Origin: a virus
Length of the DNA stretch: 64,000 nt
Virus record (IMG/VR): IMGVR_UViG_3300045988_139196
Reading direction: 5' to 3' (one strand)
Shown here in pieces: positions 8,343 through 17,239 of this stretch (the first letter of the stretch is position 1; each line of letters begins with the position of its first letter). Made by a program: the position numbers and the translations under genes. The notes beneath the pieces were generated by a model that was given only the letters and a program-made list of their open reading frames with translations, searched no databases and was not told the origin of the DNA.

Positions 8343-8849
8343 ATGGTTGAACATGGCTTTTATATAATTGATGATTTATTCTTCAAGAAATTTAACGACC
8401 CTTTTCTAAAAGGAAATAAATCCGAAAATCGTCCTCATTACTATTGTTTTAAAGATACTAATGAAGGACTATATTGGATAATTCCTTTAAGCTCACGCAT
8501 TAACAAGTATCAAAAGATAATCAACCAACGCTTAAAAAATCATAAGCCATGTGATATATTACATATTTGTACTCTGAGCAATGGAAAACAAAGTGTATTT
8601 TTAATACAAGATATGTTTCCCATTACTCAAAAATATATCAAGCGTAAATATACCATTAATTCCAATCACCTCATTCTTAAAAATCAAAATGAAATACGAA
8701 TTATTAAACAAAAAGCTGAACGTATTCTTAATCAGATCAATCGAGGTCAACATTGTATTACAACTTGTGCCGATGTATTATCTATCAAAAAAGAACTGCT
8801 GTTAGAACTACAGATAGAAACTCAAACAGCGGACACTCTGACTTGTTGA
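8343..8849 (+). CDS. type III TA toxin, ToxN/AbiQ/CptN-like endoribonuclease
   Basis: FYIIDDLFFKKFNDPFLKGNK..NRPHYYCF..GLYWIIPLSSRINKYQKI..SVFLIQDMFPITQKYI has the ToxN/AbiQ family layout. The genetic context is the canonical type III TA arrangement. Confidence 0.7.
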   Translation: MVEHGFYIIDDLFFKKFNDPFLKGNKSENRPHYYCFKDTNEGLYWIIPLSSRINKYQKIINQRLKNHKPCDILHICTLSNGKQSVFLIQDMFPITQKYIKRKYTINSNHLILKNQNEIRIIKQKAERILNQINRGQHCITTCADVLSIKKELLLELQIETQTADTLTC

Positions 8850-8901
8850 TTTGTGTTTTTTGAATTTGCATAAAATTCCATTCAAAACTTTTTGAAAAGC
8901 A

Positions 8902-8930
8902 TTGACAAATTGACAATAGTATGCTATACT
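8902..8930 (+). promoter_or_regulatory. promoter of type III TA locus B
   Basis: TTGACA (8902-8907), 17-nt spacer, TGcTATACT (-10 at 8925-8930). Confidence 0.6.
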
Positions 8931-8962
8931 ATAAATGATGAAAGATTATCTCTATCATCTCT

Positions 8963-9087
8963 AATTTACGCTTCGCAATGTGCGACACAGAAACATTGTA
9001 GATACAATTACGTTTCACAATGTACGGCAAAGTAACATTGTAGTATTCAATTTACGCTTCGCAATGTGCGACACAGAAACATTGTAG
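8963..9087 (+). ncRNA. type III antitoxin RNA: about 2.9 tandem repeats, 43-nt period
   Basis: Repeat 1 (8963-9001) and repeat 3 (9049-9087) are identical: AATTTACGCTTCGCAATGTGCGACACAGAAACATTGTAG. Repeat 2 (9006-9043) is a diverged copy. Confidence 0.7.
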
Positions 9088-9089
9088 TG

Positions 9090-9132
9090 ATGCTGTCATT
9101 TTGGTTAATCTGAAGTGACAGCATATTTTTTT
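9090..9132 (+). terminator. rho-independent terminator
   Basis: Stem ATGCTGTCA (9090-9098) / TGACAGCAT (9116-9124), followed by ATTTTTTT. Confidence 0.65.
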
Positions 9133-9151
9133 GTATTAGGAGTGTCAAAAT

Positions 9152-9640
9152 ATGACGGAACATGGTATGTACTTTATTACACCCGACTATTATCAACTTA
9201 TTCGAGATGTAGGAGGAACTTGGAATGATTGCAAGGAAAGACCCATTGTTTGTTTGATTAAGTCCACCGAAAATTCCAAATTGTATTGGGCAATACCTGT
9301 AGGCAAAGTAAATCATCGTGACACTAAAGCTATTAATCGTATTTATTCCTATATAAACAAAGATCCAAGAAATATTGCTTCTTGCTTTTATCACATTGGC
9401 AAGACAACCACCAAATCTATTTTCTTTATTAGTGATGCTTTTCCTGTAACAGATGTCTACATAGACAGAATTTATGAGGGCTATGATAAACAACAATATG
9501 TCATTGAAAACAATAATCTTCTGTCTGCTCTGAAATATAAGCTCCAAAGAATTTTAAGTTATGAAAATGCTAATCCAAATTTCTTCCGTCAGCATATTAC
9601 CGATGTTAAAAGAAAACTATTAGACGAAATTAACAATTAA
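9152..9640 (+). CDS. type III TA toxin, ToxN/AbiQ/CptN-like endoribonuclease (paralogue)
   Basis: MYFITPDYYQLIRD..KERPIVCLIKS..KLYWAIPVGKV..SIFFISDAFPVTDVYI aligns with the 8343 and 55678 proteins. RBS AGGAG. Confidence 0.65.
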   Translation: MTEHGMYFITPDYYQLIRDVGGTWNDCKERPIVCLIKSTENSKLYWAIPVGKVNHRDTKAINRIYSYINKDPRNIASCFYHIGKTTTKSIFFISDAFPVTDVYIDRIYEGYDKQQYVIENNNLLSALKYKLQRILSYENANPNFFRQHITDVKRKLLDEINN

Positions 9641-9657
9641 ACAAAAGAGGTATTCTT

Positions 9658-9990
9658 ATGTCCGAAATTAAATCAATAACAGACCAAGAAATATTATCAT
9701 ACTGGAACTCAATTAAATCCGTAAGAGGAGTTGCTATTAAACTCGGTATCTCGTGGCAAAGAGTTATGAAAAGTCTTTCTAGTTTAGGTATTATAGTTAA
9801 TAATACCCACGCCAAAATCACTCAATACCACAAAGAAGGGAAGTCGGCTAATGAGATTGCCAACTTAATGAATATGAACGTTAATGTTGTGAAAGCCTAT
9901 CTCCCACGCAACAGACCTCAATACAAGGTTAATCAATCTAAAAATGCTCTAGCAGTACAGAGGAGTAAAGAACGCCACAAGAAACGCTAA
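9658..9990 (+). CDS. small helix-turn-helix DNA-binding protein
   Basis: Two HTH-like segments: VRGVAIKLGISWQRVMKSL and GKSANEIANLMNMNVNVVKAYL. Confidence 0.45.
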   Translation: MSEIKSITDQEILSYWNSIKSVRGVAIKLGISWQRVMKSLSSLGIIVNNTHAKITQYHKEGKSANEIANLMNMNVNVVKAYLPRNRPQYKVNQSKNALAVQRSKERHKKR

Positions 9991-10016
9991 AGGGACTTTT
10001 AAAAGTCCCTTTTTAT
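9989..10016. terminator. bidirectional terminator between convergent genes
   Basis: Stem AAGGGACTTTT/AAAAGTCCCTT flanked by A and T runs. Confidence 0.6.
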
Positions 10017-10873
10017 TTTACATACTTATCCACAACTTCCTTGCCCACTTCCATTTTTAACATTTGCTCTTTTACGAGTCTGCTATCGCAGCCACTATAA
10101 TGTTGCTCAGTTATCCTCAAATCAGAATGTCCTAAGCTCTGACAGGCAATACGCAAATCTCTAATAACATCTTCACTGCCTTTTTGAATACAACTAATAT
10201 AAACGGAATGTGTCTGCCTAAAGCTGTGAGTGCTATATTTACCTTCTATGCCATGTTTGGCGGTTATATTCTTTAGAAATGTTGTAACGGAATTAAGTTC
10301 CATAGGAGCTATTCTGAGTAGTCTGCCGTTCCAATCATACTTCTCATTAGTATATATAATTTCTTCTTCTCCGTCCTCATTCAAGAAAATGTCCTCAATA
10401 TACTTCCTCTTACGTTCTCCACTCTGAAAAATATAATCTTCTGGGTCAAGTCCATAATACTTGATTATAAAACTCAGCATTTTCTTCACAGTATCACAAA
10501 GCCATGCCGTTCTCCATTTGTCCGTCTTGTCCTCTTGTAATGTCAAGTAATCTACAATTTTGCCGTTGTTATCGGTTAAATCCTTGACCCTCAAGGTCAT
10601 TATATCTCCGTAACGATAGCCTAAGTTACAAGCAAAAATTATAATATTTGCCTTGAAATATTTTTTGTTCTGAAACAAATCTTCCAAGAGAACATTCAGA
10701 TCATCGGGTCTGAACCAACTCGCAGACTTCTGCTTGCTTTCTTTATGCTTCGTAATAGCATTTCTGTGACCTTTTTTTCGTTTTGGCTGTTTTGTTATCT
10801 GTATTCCTGTCAGAAGTCTATCCGATAAATCGAAAATTTTGCAAGTTTGAGCTGTACTAATATTCATTTTCAT
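10013..10873 (-). CDS. tyrosine recombinase (phage integrase family)
   Basis: Catalytic signature: LGYRYGD (Arg I), HSFRQTH (His-x-x-Arg), LGHSDLRITEQHY (His/Tyr). Confidence 0.75.
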   Translation of the reverse strand: MKMNISTAQTCKIFDLSDRLLTGIQITKQPKRKKGHRNAITKHKESKQKSASWFRPDDLNVLLEDLFQNKKYFKANIIIFACNLGYRYGDIMTLRVKDLTDNNGKIVDYLTLQEDKTDKWRTAWLCDTVKKMLSFIIKYYGLDPEDYIFQSGERKRKYIEDIFLNEDGEEEIIYTNEKYDWNGRLLRIAPMELNSVTTFLKNITAKHGIEGKYSTHSFRQTHSVYISCIQKGSEDVIRDLRIACQSLGHSDLRITEQHYSGCDSRLVKEQMLKMEVGKEVVDKYVK

Positions 10874-10882
10874 TCACTCCCA

Positions 10883-11143
10883 TCATATACACAATGTAAA
10901 TATTATTCCTGCTATCAACATAACGCTTGTAAAGAGCAAGCCAAAACCACCATAGACAACGTTCTTCACTATCATTCTAACTTTTCTCTGGCGTTCTTCT
11001 CTGAGCCTTTGACGGCGTTTTGCTTTTAAATATGCCTTCCGCATATTATAATCTTGTTCTTCCTCTATCTTCCGTAGCTCTTCTTTACGATCGTTGTCTA
11101 GCATTTTCACAAAAAGTAATGTATTCGTATTTTCATTTTTCAT
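10883..11143 (-). CDS. small membrane-anchored protein
   Basis: Start set at the ATG after GGAGGAATAAAT. Charged N-terminal half and a C-terminal TM segment GGFGLLFTSVMLIAGIIFTLCI. Confidence 0.5.
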   Translation of the reverse strand: MKNENTNTLLFVKMLDNDRKEELRKIEEEQDYNMRKAYLKAKRRQRLREERQRKVRMIVKNVVYGGFGLLFTSVMLIAGIIFTLCI

Positions 11144-11251
11144 ATTTATTCCTCCTATATTTATTCCTGCATAAAGAAATACTCCTATCAATCAATGTGA
11201 TTAATAGGAGTATTTATATTTATTATATTAGTTTTATACACACAATCGCTT

Positions 11252-11806
11252 TCATATTGCAAGTAAACTGTCTATTTCTGCAAGTCTTTTAAGAAGCTTT
11301 TCACGCTCCACTTTTAAGCTTTCCACGTCTATATCAGATACGAGTTTAACGCCCTCGTGGTCTTTGATTTTGCTATAAATCGTTTCAGGAACACCTTTTA
11401 CACGAACGATTGTGTTCTTATCAGCCGCTATTCTAGGACTTTTGGCAGAGCCACCCGAAGTGGCAAAGCCACCGTTTATAAGCATTGCATTGTCGGAGAA
11501 AATAACCTCTCTGTCACGATAAAGTCTTTTCAGAACAACGATTGAGCCAACTCTGATTTCTCCGTCCTCGTAACCCTCAGTATAAGTGTCGAGGTCAAGA
11601 TCTACTGTGACAGTGCTAACCGCACCAAGTTCTCCGCATTCACCATAGCATTCGATGAGTAACGCCTTGACAGCTTCCTTGTTCTCCTCTGGGAAGACCC
11701 AGCAAGGGGCGTTCCACTTGCCCTGTATCTGCTTTGCCCCTGCGACAAAGCTCTTGTTATACGGACTGTTTACCTTGATTGTCTCGTTTTCAACTGTAAC
11801 TTTCAT
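11252..11806 (-). CDS. hypothetical protein
   Basis: Track ORF with RBS GGAGATAAAAC (rc). Visibly more GC-rich than its neighbours. No motif recognised. Confidence 0.55.
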   Translation of the reverse strand: MKVTVENETIKVNSPYNKSFVAGAKQIQGKWNAPCWVFPEENKEAVKALLIECYGECGELGAVSTVTVDLDLDTYTEGYEDGEIRVGSIVVLKRLYRDREVIFSDNAMLINGGFATSGGSAKSPRIAADKNTIVRVKGVPETIYSKIKDHEGVKLVSDIDVESLKVEREKLLKRLAEIDSLLAI

Positions 11807-11829
11807 GTTTTATCTCCTATTATATTATA

Positions 11830-12105
11830 TTACTTCTTATTGTCAGGGATCTTAGCCCACATTTTCTCTCGATAAGCCAACTCTTGGCTATAGGTTTCAT
11901 GCCATTGCTTATCCAGTTCTTTTCGTTCCTCAAGCGTAAGACTTCTACCCTCATCAATAGCCTTATAAAAGGCGTCATCATAAATCTTTTGAGCTTTGTC
12001 AAAAGCTCCAATTGGATTGTATTTTCTGTTAATTTCTCTCCGCTTATTTTCACTATGGTTCACACATAGATAAATAATAATCAAAATGATTGTTGCTAGT
12101 AACAA
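11830..12105 (-). CDS. small membrane protein
   Basis: N-terminal TM segment LLATIILIIIYLCV. The overlapping ORF 11820..12053 is judged spurious. Confidence 0.5.
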   Translation of the reverse strand: MLLATIILIIIYLCVNHSENKRREINRKYNPIGAFDKAQKIYDDAFYKAIDEGRSLTLEERKELDKQWHETYSQELAYREKMWAKIPDNKK

Positions 12106-12185
12106 TGTTTATTCCTCCTCATTCAGCTCATGCTCGTTGTAAATTTCTTCATTATTTCTAATTAATTATACCACAAAATTCCTCA

Positions 12186-12398
12186 TTAGTCAACTAGAAT
12201 TTTGTCGAAAACGTCCATAAAATCGGACAGTATGGCTATTTTTATTAACCACGTTTTACACTCGTCATCAGTATAGCCGCTACACTTCATTTGTGCGATA
12301 TGTAATCTAATACGCTCATTCCGTTCCAATGATCTGATACGTTCCATAAGACGCTTATCAGGGTGCTGTATTACCATGTTATTCTGCTTTTCTATCAT
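12186..12398 (-). CDS. hypothetical protein
   Basis: Start set at the ATG after GGAGGAATTTTAT. Confidence 0.5.
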   Translation of the reverse strand: MIEKQNNMVIQHPDKRLMERIRSLERNERIRLHIAQMKCSGYTDDECKTWLIKIAILSDFMDVFDKILVD

Positions 12399-12416
12399 AT
12401 AAAATTCCTCCAAAAA

Positions 12417-12503
12417 TTAATTATGGAAATGTTTAAAAGCTTCTTCTTTATCAGTACATATTGTTCCATTAGTAGTTATGAATGTGTGAATTTCTTTTAT
12501 CAT
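12417..12503 (-). CDS. 28-aa truncated paralogue of the 12539 and 13076 proteins
   Basis: Own translation: MIKEIHTFITTNGTICTDKEEAFKHFHN. It shares the N-terminal motif of the two upstream paralogues (MIEHIEYFKTTDGKEFKSAEEALTHE and MFTHTECFTTSDNKTFTSKEEAFNHE). Confidence 0.4.
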   Translation of the reverse strand: MIKEIHTFITTNGTICTDKEEAFKHFHN

Positions 12504-12538
12504 AAGTAATAATTCTCCTCTGTATAAACTTCTTTTAA

Positions 12539-13048
12539 TTAAATAAACCTATTCAAATTTTTCATCATATCCTCTAAGTTAGTTATTTTCTTCTTATAAT
12601 GGTCAAGTAAAATTATGTTATATTCTGTTGGTGGGCAAGTACTGTATTTAGACATAGTTTCATGCCAACTTGTTATAATGTCTTTCATATAATTCAATTG
12701 ATGGTTAGTACCGATTTCATACCAGCCCACACCCTTAAAGCTATTTGAATTAAAATAATATGCATCAATTTCATCATCTGTAAGATAAGCAAGCATTGCA
12801 ACAAAGTTAAAAGCATCTTTATTTTCGATATAAACATAATCTGCCTCATACCAAATATCTTTTGCAAGAGCTTTCAAGTTTTTGTCTTTAGGTATTTCCC
12901 AATAAGGTTCATCATCGTACTTATCATATCCAACAAGCTTAAACTTCATTACATCTTTATTTGTTTTAAGTTCATGTGTAAGAGCTTCTTCAGCACTCTT
13001 AAATTCCTTACCATCTGTTGTCTTAAAATATTCGATATGCTCAATCAT
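12539..13048 (-). CDS. hypothetical early protein, tandem paralogue family
   Basis: Shares the N-terminal motif and the central AFNF..L.Y/FKG.GWY motifs with 13076..13624. Confidence 0.6.
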   Translation of the reverse strand: MIEHIEYFKTTDGKEFKSAEEALTHELKTNKDVMKFKLVGYDKYDDEPYWEIPKDKNLKALAKDIWYEADYVYIENKDAFNFVAMLAYLTDDEIDAYYFNSNSFKGVGWYEIGTNHQLNYMKDIITSWHETMSKYSTCPPTEYNIILLDHYKKKITNLEDMMKNLNRFI

Positions 13049-13075
13049 TTATATTCTCCTTCAAGTTAAAAAAAA

Positions 13076-13624
13076 TTAAAAATGCTTATTGATATAACTA
13101 AATTCCGTAATTAAATCCGATAATACTTCTTTATCCTCTTCTAAAATATGGAGATTGATGTCAGTTTTATGCTTATTGTAGTTAGCTTCATCTACTTTTA
13201 CAGCAACTTCTAGTGTGTGTAAAACATCAATCATAAATTCAAATTTTTCTTCATAAAACATAGAGTATGCTCTATACCAACCAGTACCTTTAAATTTTGT
13301 ATAGCTTGCACACTTTTTATTATAATTAACCATATCTTCTGTGCTAGGTAAATAATAGACTAGATTACAAGCAAAATTAAAAGCTTCTTCATTTCCAAAA
13401 TAAATATATGTGGTTGTATTAGGATAAAATATACTTAGTGCAAGATGAAATAAATCTGTAAAGTCTATATCCACTTTATTATATCGGTCAGTCATAACAT
13501 TATAAGTTACAATTACAATGTCTTTAACTTTTTCATTTATTTCAAGTTCGTGATTAAAAGCCTCTTCTTTACTAGTAAAAGTTTTATTATCACTTGTTGT
13601 GAAACATTCTGTATGGGTAAACAT
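13076..13624 (-). CDS. hypothetical early protein, tandem paralogue family
   Basis: See 12539..13048. Confidence 0.6.
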   Translation of the reverse strand: MFTHTECFTTSDNKTFTSKEEAFNHELEINEKVKDIVIVTYNVMTDRYNKVDIDFTDLFHLALSIFYPNTTTYIYFGNEEAFNFACNLVYYLPSTEDMVNYNKKCASYTKFKGTGWYRAYSMFYEEKFEFMIDVLHTLEVAVKVDEANYNKHKTDINLHILEEDKEVLSDLITEFSYINKHF

Positions 13625-13646
13625 ATACTTATCCTTTCTATATCAG

Positions 13647-14061
13647 TTATAGCTTTATTACATTATCTTCTATAAATTTATTTAAGTTTCTATCAGCTTC
13701 ATAGAGTTTATCTAATTCCTTACGACAATCTTTAAGTAATGTTTCTTTTAAACTCTCTAAACAAGCATAATCACTTTTTTCAATATCTTCAATTATCTTT
13801 TTGAGATGTTTAATAATTTCAGAAAATAGGTATAGTCTGAATCATAACAAATGTGTTCTGCAAGGGTAATAAGGTCATTGAATTCCTTATCAACTTCCTG
13901 ACAACGCTTTTTGTAAATAGGGATATACCTTATAATTTTAAATAGTTTTGCCCAATCGTTTGTTTTAAGTTCCCATTCAAGAGCTTTCTTTATATCCGTA
14001 AATTTTCATTATCTGTTGTAATAATATAATCTCTGTTATCTTCATTAAAAATTGTAATCAT
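13647..14061 (-). pseudogene. frameshifted small early gene (at least 2 frame changes)
   Basis: Own translation: MITIFNEDNRDYIITTDNENLRI*. A second frame continues KKALEWELKTNDWAKLFKIIRYIPIYKKRCQEVDKEFNDLITLAEH. A third continues YLFSEIIKHLKKIIEDIEKSDYACLESLKETLLKDCRKELDKLYEADRNLNKFIEDNVIKL*. Confidence 0.4.
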
Positions 14062-14075
14062 AAACTTTATCCTTA

Positions 14076-14441
14076 TTACATACACTCCCTATGTTCTCTG
14101 TTTAGATTATTATCCACAATATCATCAAACCATCTTCCACCAACTTCAAATCTTCTCCTAATAAGAGTATTAGCATTTTCAATATCTGAAAGCATAATAG
14201 AAACAATAGTGCAATCACTAGGATAAGCATTATCTTTAGTAAGACCATATTCATTATTCATTACTTTACCTTTGATAACATAAACATTCACATTATCTTC
14301 TGTCTTAGCTGTTTCATTTATCCAATCAAGAAAATCTGGAATTGATTCTTCGCAAAGTCCTTCAATAGTCAGAGCACTATCATTATAAAGCTTATCAAGC
14401 ATTTCCTTATCTGTAACTCTAATAGTATTATAATTAATCAT
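14076..14441 (-). CDS. hypothetical early protein
   Basis: Start after GGAGGAATTAATT. Shares an ..IPDFL..I...A......VYV..GK..N.. segment with 14466..15047. Confidence 0.55.
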   Translation of the reverse strand: MINYNTIRVTDKEMLDKLYNDSALTIEGLCEESIPDFLDWINETAKTEDNVNVYVIKGKVMNNEYGLTKDNAYPSDCTIVSIMLSDIENANTLIRRRFEVGGRWFDDIVDNNLNREHRECM

Positions 14442-14465
14442 AATTAATTCCTCCAAAAAATATAT

Positions 14466-15047
14466 TTAGTTGTACTTCTTTGCTAGTTCTTCAAGGTCAT
14501 TCTGTATATCACAATTCTTAGCATATACACAACTTAGAACGTCCATAACCTTTGCAACACTGTTGGAAAGTTCATCATTATTATATTTATTTACAACTTT
14601 CAGCAATTCATCAAAAGCGTGTTTAACGTCTAAATCTAGGTCATTACCATAAACATATTCATCTTCCTTTATGTCAAGACCATTCAAATAGTCATTTAGT
14701 TCACGGAACTGTTTAAACTCAGAAGAAGCAAGTTTAGCTTCATAGTCTTTAACTCGATTACAAAGATAAGATGGATTTACAAATGCAAATATGTGATTAT
14801 CGTCCAGTTTATACTTAGCAAGTTCACCGAACAACTCATAAGATTTATTAAGTAGTTTGCCACTTGCTACATACACATCAGCTCCAGAACGCAAATTGGC
14901 AAATTTGTGTATCTCTTTCATAAACTTAGGCAAATCATCTTCTGAATTAAGTTCCATATATACAGATGCTTCACTATACATAAGACCGAACTTACAATCT
15001 ATATAGTCCATATCTTTTTCATCATCAAGTTTTATTATATTATACAT
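14466..15047 (-). CDS. hypothetical early protein
   Basis: Track ORF with RBS AGAGGTAATAAAT (rc). Confidence 0.55.
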   Translation of the reverse strand: MYNIIKLDDEKDMDYIDCKFGLMYSEASVYMELNSEDDLPKFMKEIHKFANLRSGADVYVASGKLLNKSYELFGELAKYKLDDNHIFAFVNPSYLCNRVKDYEAKLASSEFKQFRELNDYLNGLDIKEDEYVYGNDLDLDVKHAFDELLKVVNKYNNDELSNSVAKVMDVLSCVYAKNCDIQNDLEELAKKYN

Positions 15048-15067
15048 ATTTATTACCTCTAGCTTTC

Positions 15068-15376
15068 TTAATTATATTTATCTACCTCAGCCATTACTTC
15101 CTTGATAAAGTTAGTAATAATTTGCTTCTTACGTTCTTCATTCTTATAATAAAAGTTATCTGTGACATATGTAGTAACAAGAGTTACAAGTTTCTCTTTA
15201 GAACTGAATGTGTCTATAAAATCACAATGGGTATGAGGAATATTGTACATATCTTCCTCTGTATAAACATAGTTACTAGGATACAACTTATCATTGATTT
15301 CTTCTGTATCCAAACATATAATCAAATTCTTATCAACAGGGCTTGTATAATGTTCATAAAGCTTAAATGTTTTCAT
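15068..15376 (-). CDS. hypothetical early protein
   Basis: Start after GGAGGTTTTAACC. Confidence 0.55.
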   Translation of the reverse strand: MKTFKLYEHYTSPVDKNLIICLDTEEINDKLYPSNYVYTEEDMYNIPHTHCDFIDTFSSKEKLVTLVTTYVTDNFYYKNEERKKQIITNFIKEVMAEVDKYN

Positions 15377-15395
15377 GGTTAAAACCTCCAATTTA

Positions 15396-15605
15396 TCACC
15401 TTTTATAGCTATCTACGTTCCAAACATTTATGCTGAAAACGTCATTATAAATATCGTCAATACCTGACACTTCTGCACAGTTCATATCTTCTGGAATATC
15501 TCCATAATCTCCGTTATAAACCATTTTTTCTCCGTCGTCCGTCCATATCTGAATGTGCTGATTATCAGGGTCAAGAAATAGTTGCATAATATCACGAACT
15601 GTCAT
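15396..15605 (-). CDS. hypothetical acidic early protein
   Basis: Track ORF tightly packed against its neighbours. Confidence 0.5.
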   Translation of the reverse strand: MTVRDIMQLFLDPDNQHIQIWTDDGEKMVYNGDYGDIPEDMNCAEVSGIDDIYNDVFSINVWNVDSYKR

Positions 15606-15607
15606 AG

Positions 15608-15943
15608 TTAGATTACCTCCTCTTTAATCTCGACAACTCCAAACGGATTATCTTTTCTGCCCTCAAAATAAGCGTAACACTCACTGATTATACAGCCATT
15701 TTGATATGAACTGAGATCATTCACGTTCATCTTCTCACCATTTGCATTAAATAGCTCATATCTATCTATATAATTGCTAGTGCCATAAAGAATAAAAGTA
15801 CACTTAGTTTCTGTTAATGGATCTAAAATACTATTGATCTCATCATCAGTGATATTTGGATTTTCTGCTTCCCAAATTTTCCGTAAACACTCAGTATCAT
15901 TAATAGTAAATGTCACCTTGCGTGTATTTCCGTATTTGTTCAT
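15608..15943 (-). CDS. hypothetical early protein
   Basis: Start after GAGGAGGAATAAGACA. Confidence 0.55.
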   Translation of the reverse strand: MNKYGNTRKVTFTINDTECLRKIWEAENPNITDDEINSILDPLTETKCTFILYGTSNYIDRYELFNANGEKMNVNDLSSYQNGCIISECYAYFEGRKDNPFGVVEIKEEVI

Positions 15944-15947
15944 TGTC

Positions 15948-16304
15948 TTATTCCTCCTCATCGTCATCTATATGTTCGAGTTCATCAGCGACTTTTAGCA
16001 AAAACTCCTTTATACTATCAGCATCATCAATTAATACTCTTATACTGTCAGGCACTCCGCTTTTCCCTCTTAAATCAACCCACATTGCAGCGTGTTCATC
16101 AGCATCAAAAATCATCGCCATTTCTCTAAATGCTCTTATAAAGTCTTTAGAAGTACCGTTGTAAAAAACAGTTTCAACAACATCTTCTCCAGCATCGGAA
16201 TAAAATTCTACCTCTTGAAAAAATTCATTATTATCAGCTTCATATTTCTCCGATAATTTAATCCTATTGTTTCCCAAAACCTTAGTAATCTTTTTGTTTA
16301 ACAT
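15948..16304 (-). CDS. hypothetical acidic early protein
   Basis: Start after GGAGGTCTTATT. C-terminus reads ADELEHIDDDEEE. Confidence 0.55.
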   Translation of the reverse strand: MLNKKITKVLGNNRIKLSEKYEADNNEFFQEVEFYSDAGEDVVETVFYNGTSKDFIRAFREMAMIFDADEHAAMWVDLRGKSGVPDSIRVLIDDADSIKEFLLKVADELEHIDDDEEE

Positions 16305-16419
16305 AATAAGACCTCCGTTAATATATTTTTCCATTGCTATACATATAAATGAATGGTACTCTTTACAAGTATCTCCCTTGCTCCGAGTATATAAGAGGGG
16401 AATAATTCCCCTCAGAATG

Positions 16420-16602
16420 TTAAATCAATCCATTTTCTTTGAACTCTCTTATCAGCCCGTATTGTGTGCCAAGCTTTCTAAGTTTATTTTGTATTTCAGC
16501 TAATTCCGCATAGCTTATTGAGCTTTCTGACAAATCAGCTTGTAATTGTATTGCAAGTTCTCTTGTTCTTGCTTTTCCTCTTGTGTATTTATTAATATTC
16601 AT
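16420..16602 (-). CDS. hypothetical small protein
   Basis: Track ORF with RBS GAGGAGATAGTCTAATC (rc). Confidence 0.5.
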   Translation of the reverse strand: MNINKYTRGKARTRELAIQLQADLSESSISYAELAEIQNKLRKLGTQYGLIREFKENGLI

Positions 16603-16620
16603 GATTAGACTATCTCCTCT

Positions 16621-16986
16621 TTAATAGTATTCATTGAGATACTTGCTTTCAAGTTTTTTAACTTTTTCCGTTATACTGCTTTTATCCTTGCAAATGTCTA
16701 TAAAGTCAGCAGTATTACACATATTCAAGAGTTTATAATACTTTTCTTCAACAGTATATTTATTCCAAAAGATTAAATATTCCTCTCTCTGTTGCTTTGC
16801 GGCTTGTTCAATCCTTTTCATATCCTCACATGGAATGTAGTCTGTAGATACGTACAATTTGATTATTCCATTTGCGCTTATATGTGCTATCTGCTTACAG
16901 TCTTTATGTTCCATTACGGCTTTATTACATACTGTAATGCCGTTTCCTAAACAGCACATAAATAATTCAAAGTTCCGTTTGCTCAT
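16621..16986 (-). CDS. hypothetical early protein
   Basis: Start after GAGGAGGCTTGATTAT, 5 nt after the stop of the upstream gene. Confidence 0.55.
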   Translation of the reverse strand: MSKRNFELFMCCLGNGITVCNKAVMEHKDCKQIAHISANGIIKLYVSTDYIPCEDMKRIEQAAKQQREEYLIFWNKYTVEEKYYKLLNMCNTADFIDICKDKSSITEKVKKLESKYLNEYY

Positions 16987-16990
16987 ATAA

Positions 16991-17212
16991 TCAAGCCTCC
17001 TCATCGTCAAGACCATCGTCTATAAGGTCATCAATCTCCAGCTCATAACATAGGTCATTCAAGACCGCTTCTTGAGCAACTATATAACGATAAACATCAC
17101 GCTTTTTAGTGTTCTTTTTATCATTGTTATATTCCTTGTCTGCATACTCAAGTGCTTCCACTGTCTCGTTATACATTTTTATAATAATCTTAATCATTTC
17201 TTCTCTTGTCAT
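16991..17212 (-). CDS. hypothetical acidic early protein
   Basis: C-terminus reads ELEIDDLIDDGLDDEEA. RBS GAGGAGGAGTTAACC. Confidence 0.55.
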   Translation of the reverse strand: MTREEMIKIIIKMYNETVEALEYADKEYNNDKKNTKKRDVYRYIVAQEAVLNDLCYELEIDDLIDDGLDDEEA

Positions 17213-17239
17213 GGTTAACTCCTCCTCAAAACAGATATT

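Noticed and set aside
8205-9087. The tandem repeats could be a mini-CRISPR array.
   Set aside because: The units are directly adjacent with no spacers. They lie between a promoter and a terminator upstream of a ToxN/AbiQ-like ORF. No cas genes or leader are present.
9047-9547. 166-aa minus-strand ORF in the supplied track.
   Set aside because: It overlaps the ToxN-like gene and its antitoxin repeats on the opposite strand, has no RBS, and has a low-complexity hydrophobic composition typical of antisense frames in AT-rich DNA.
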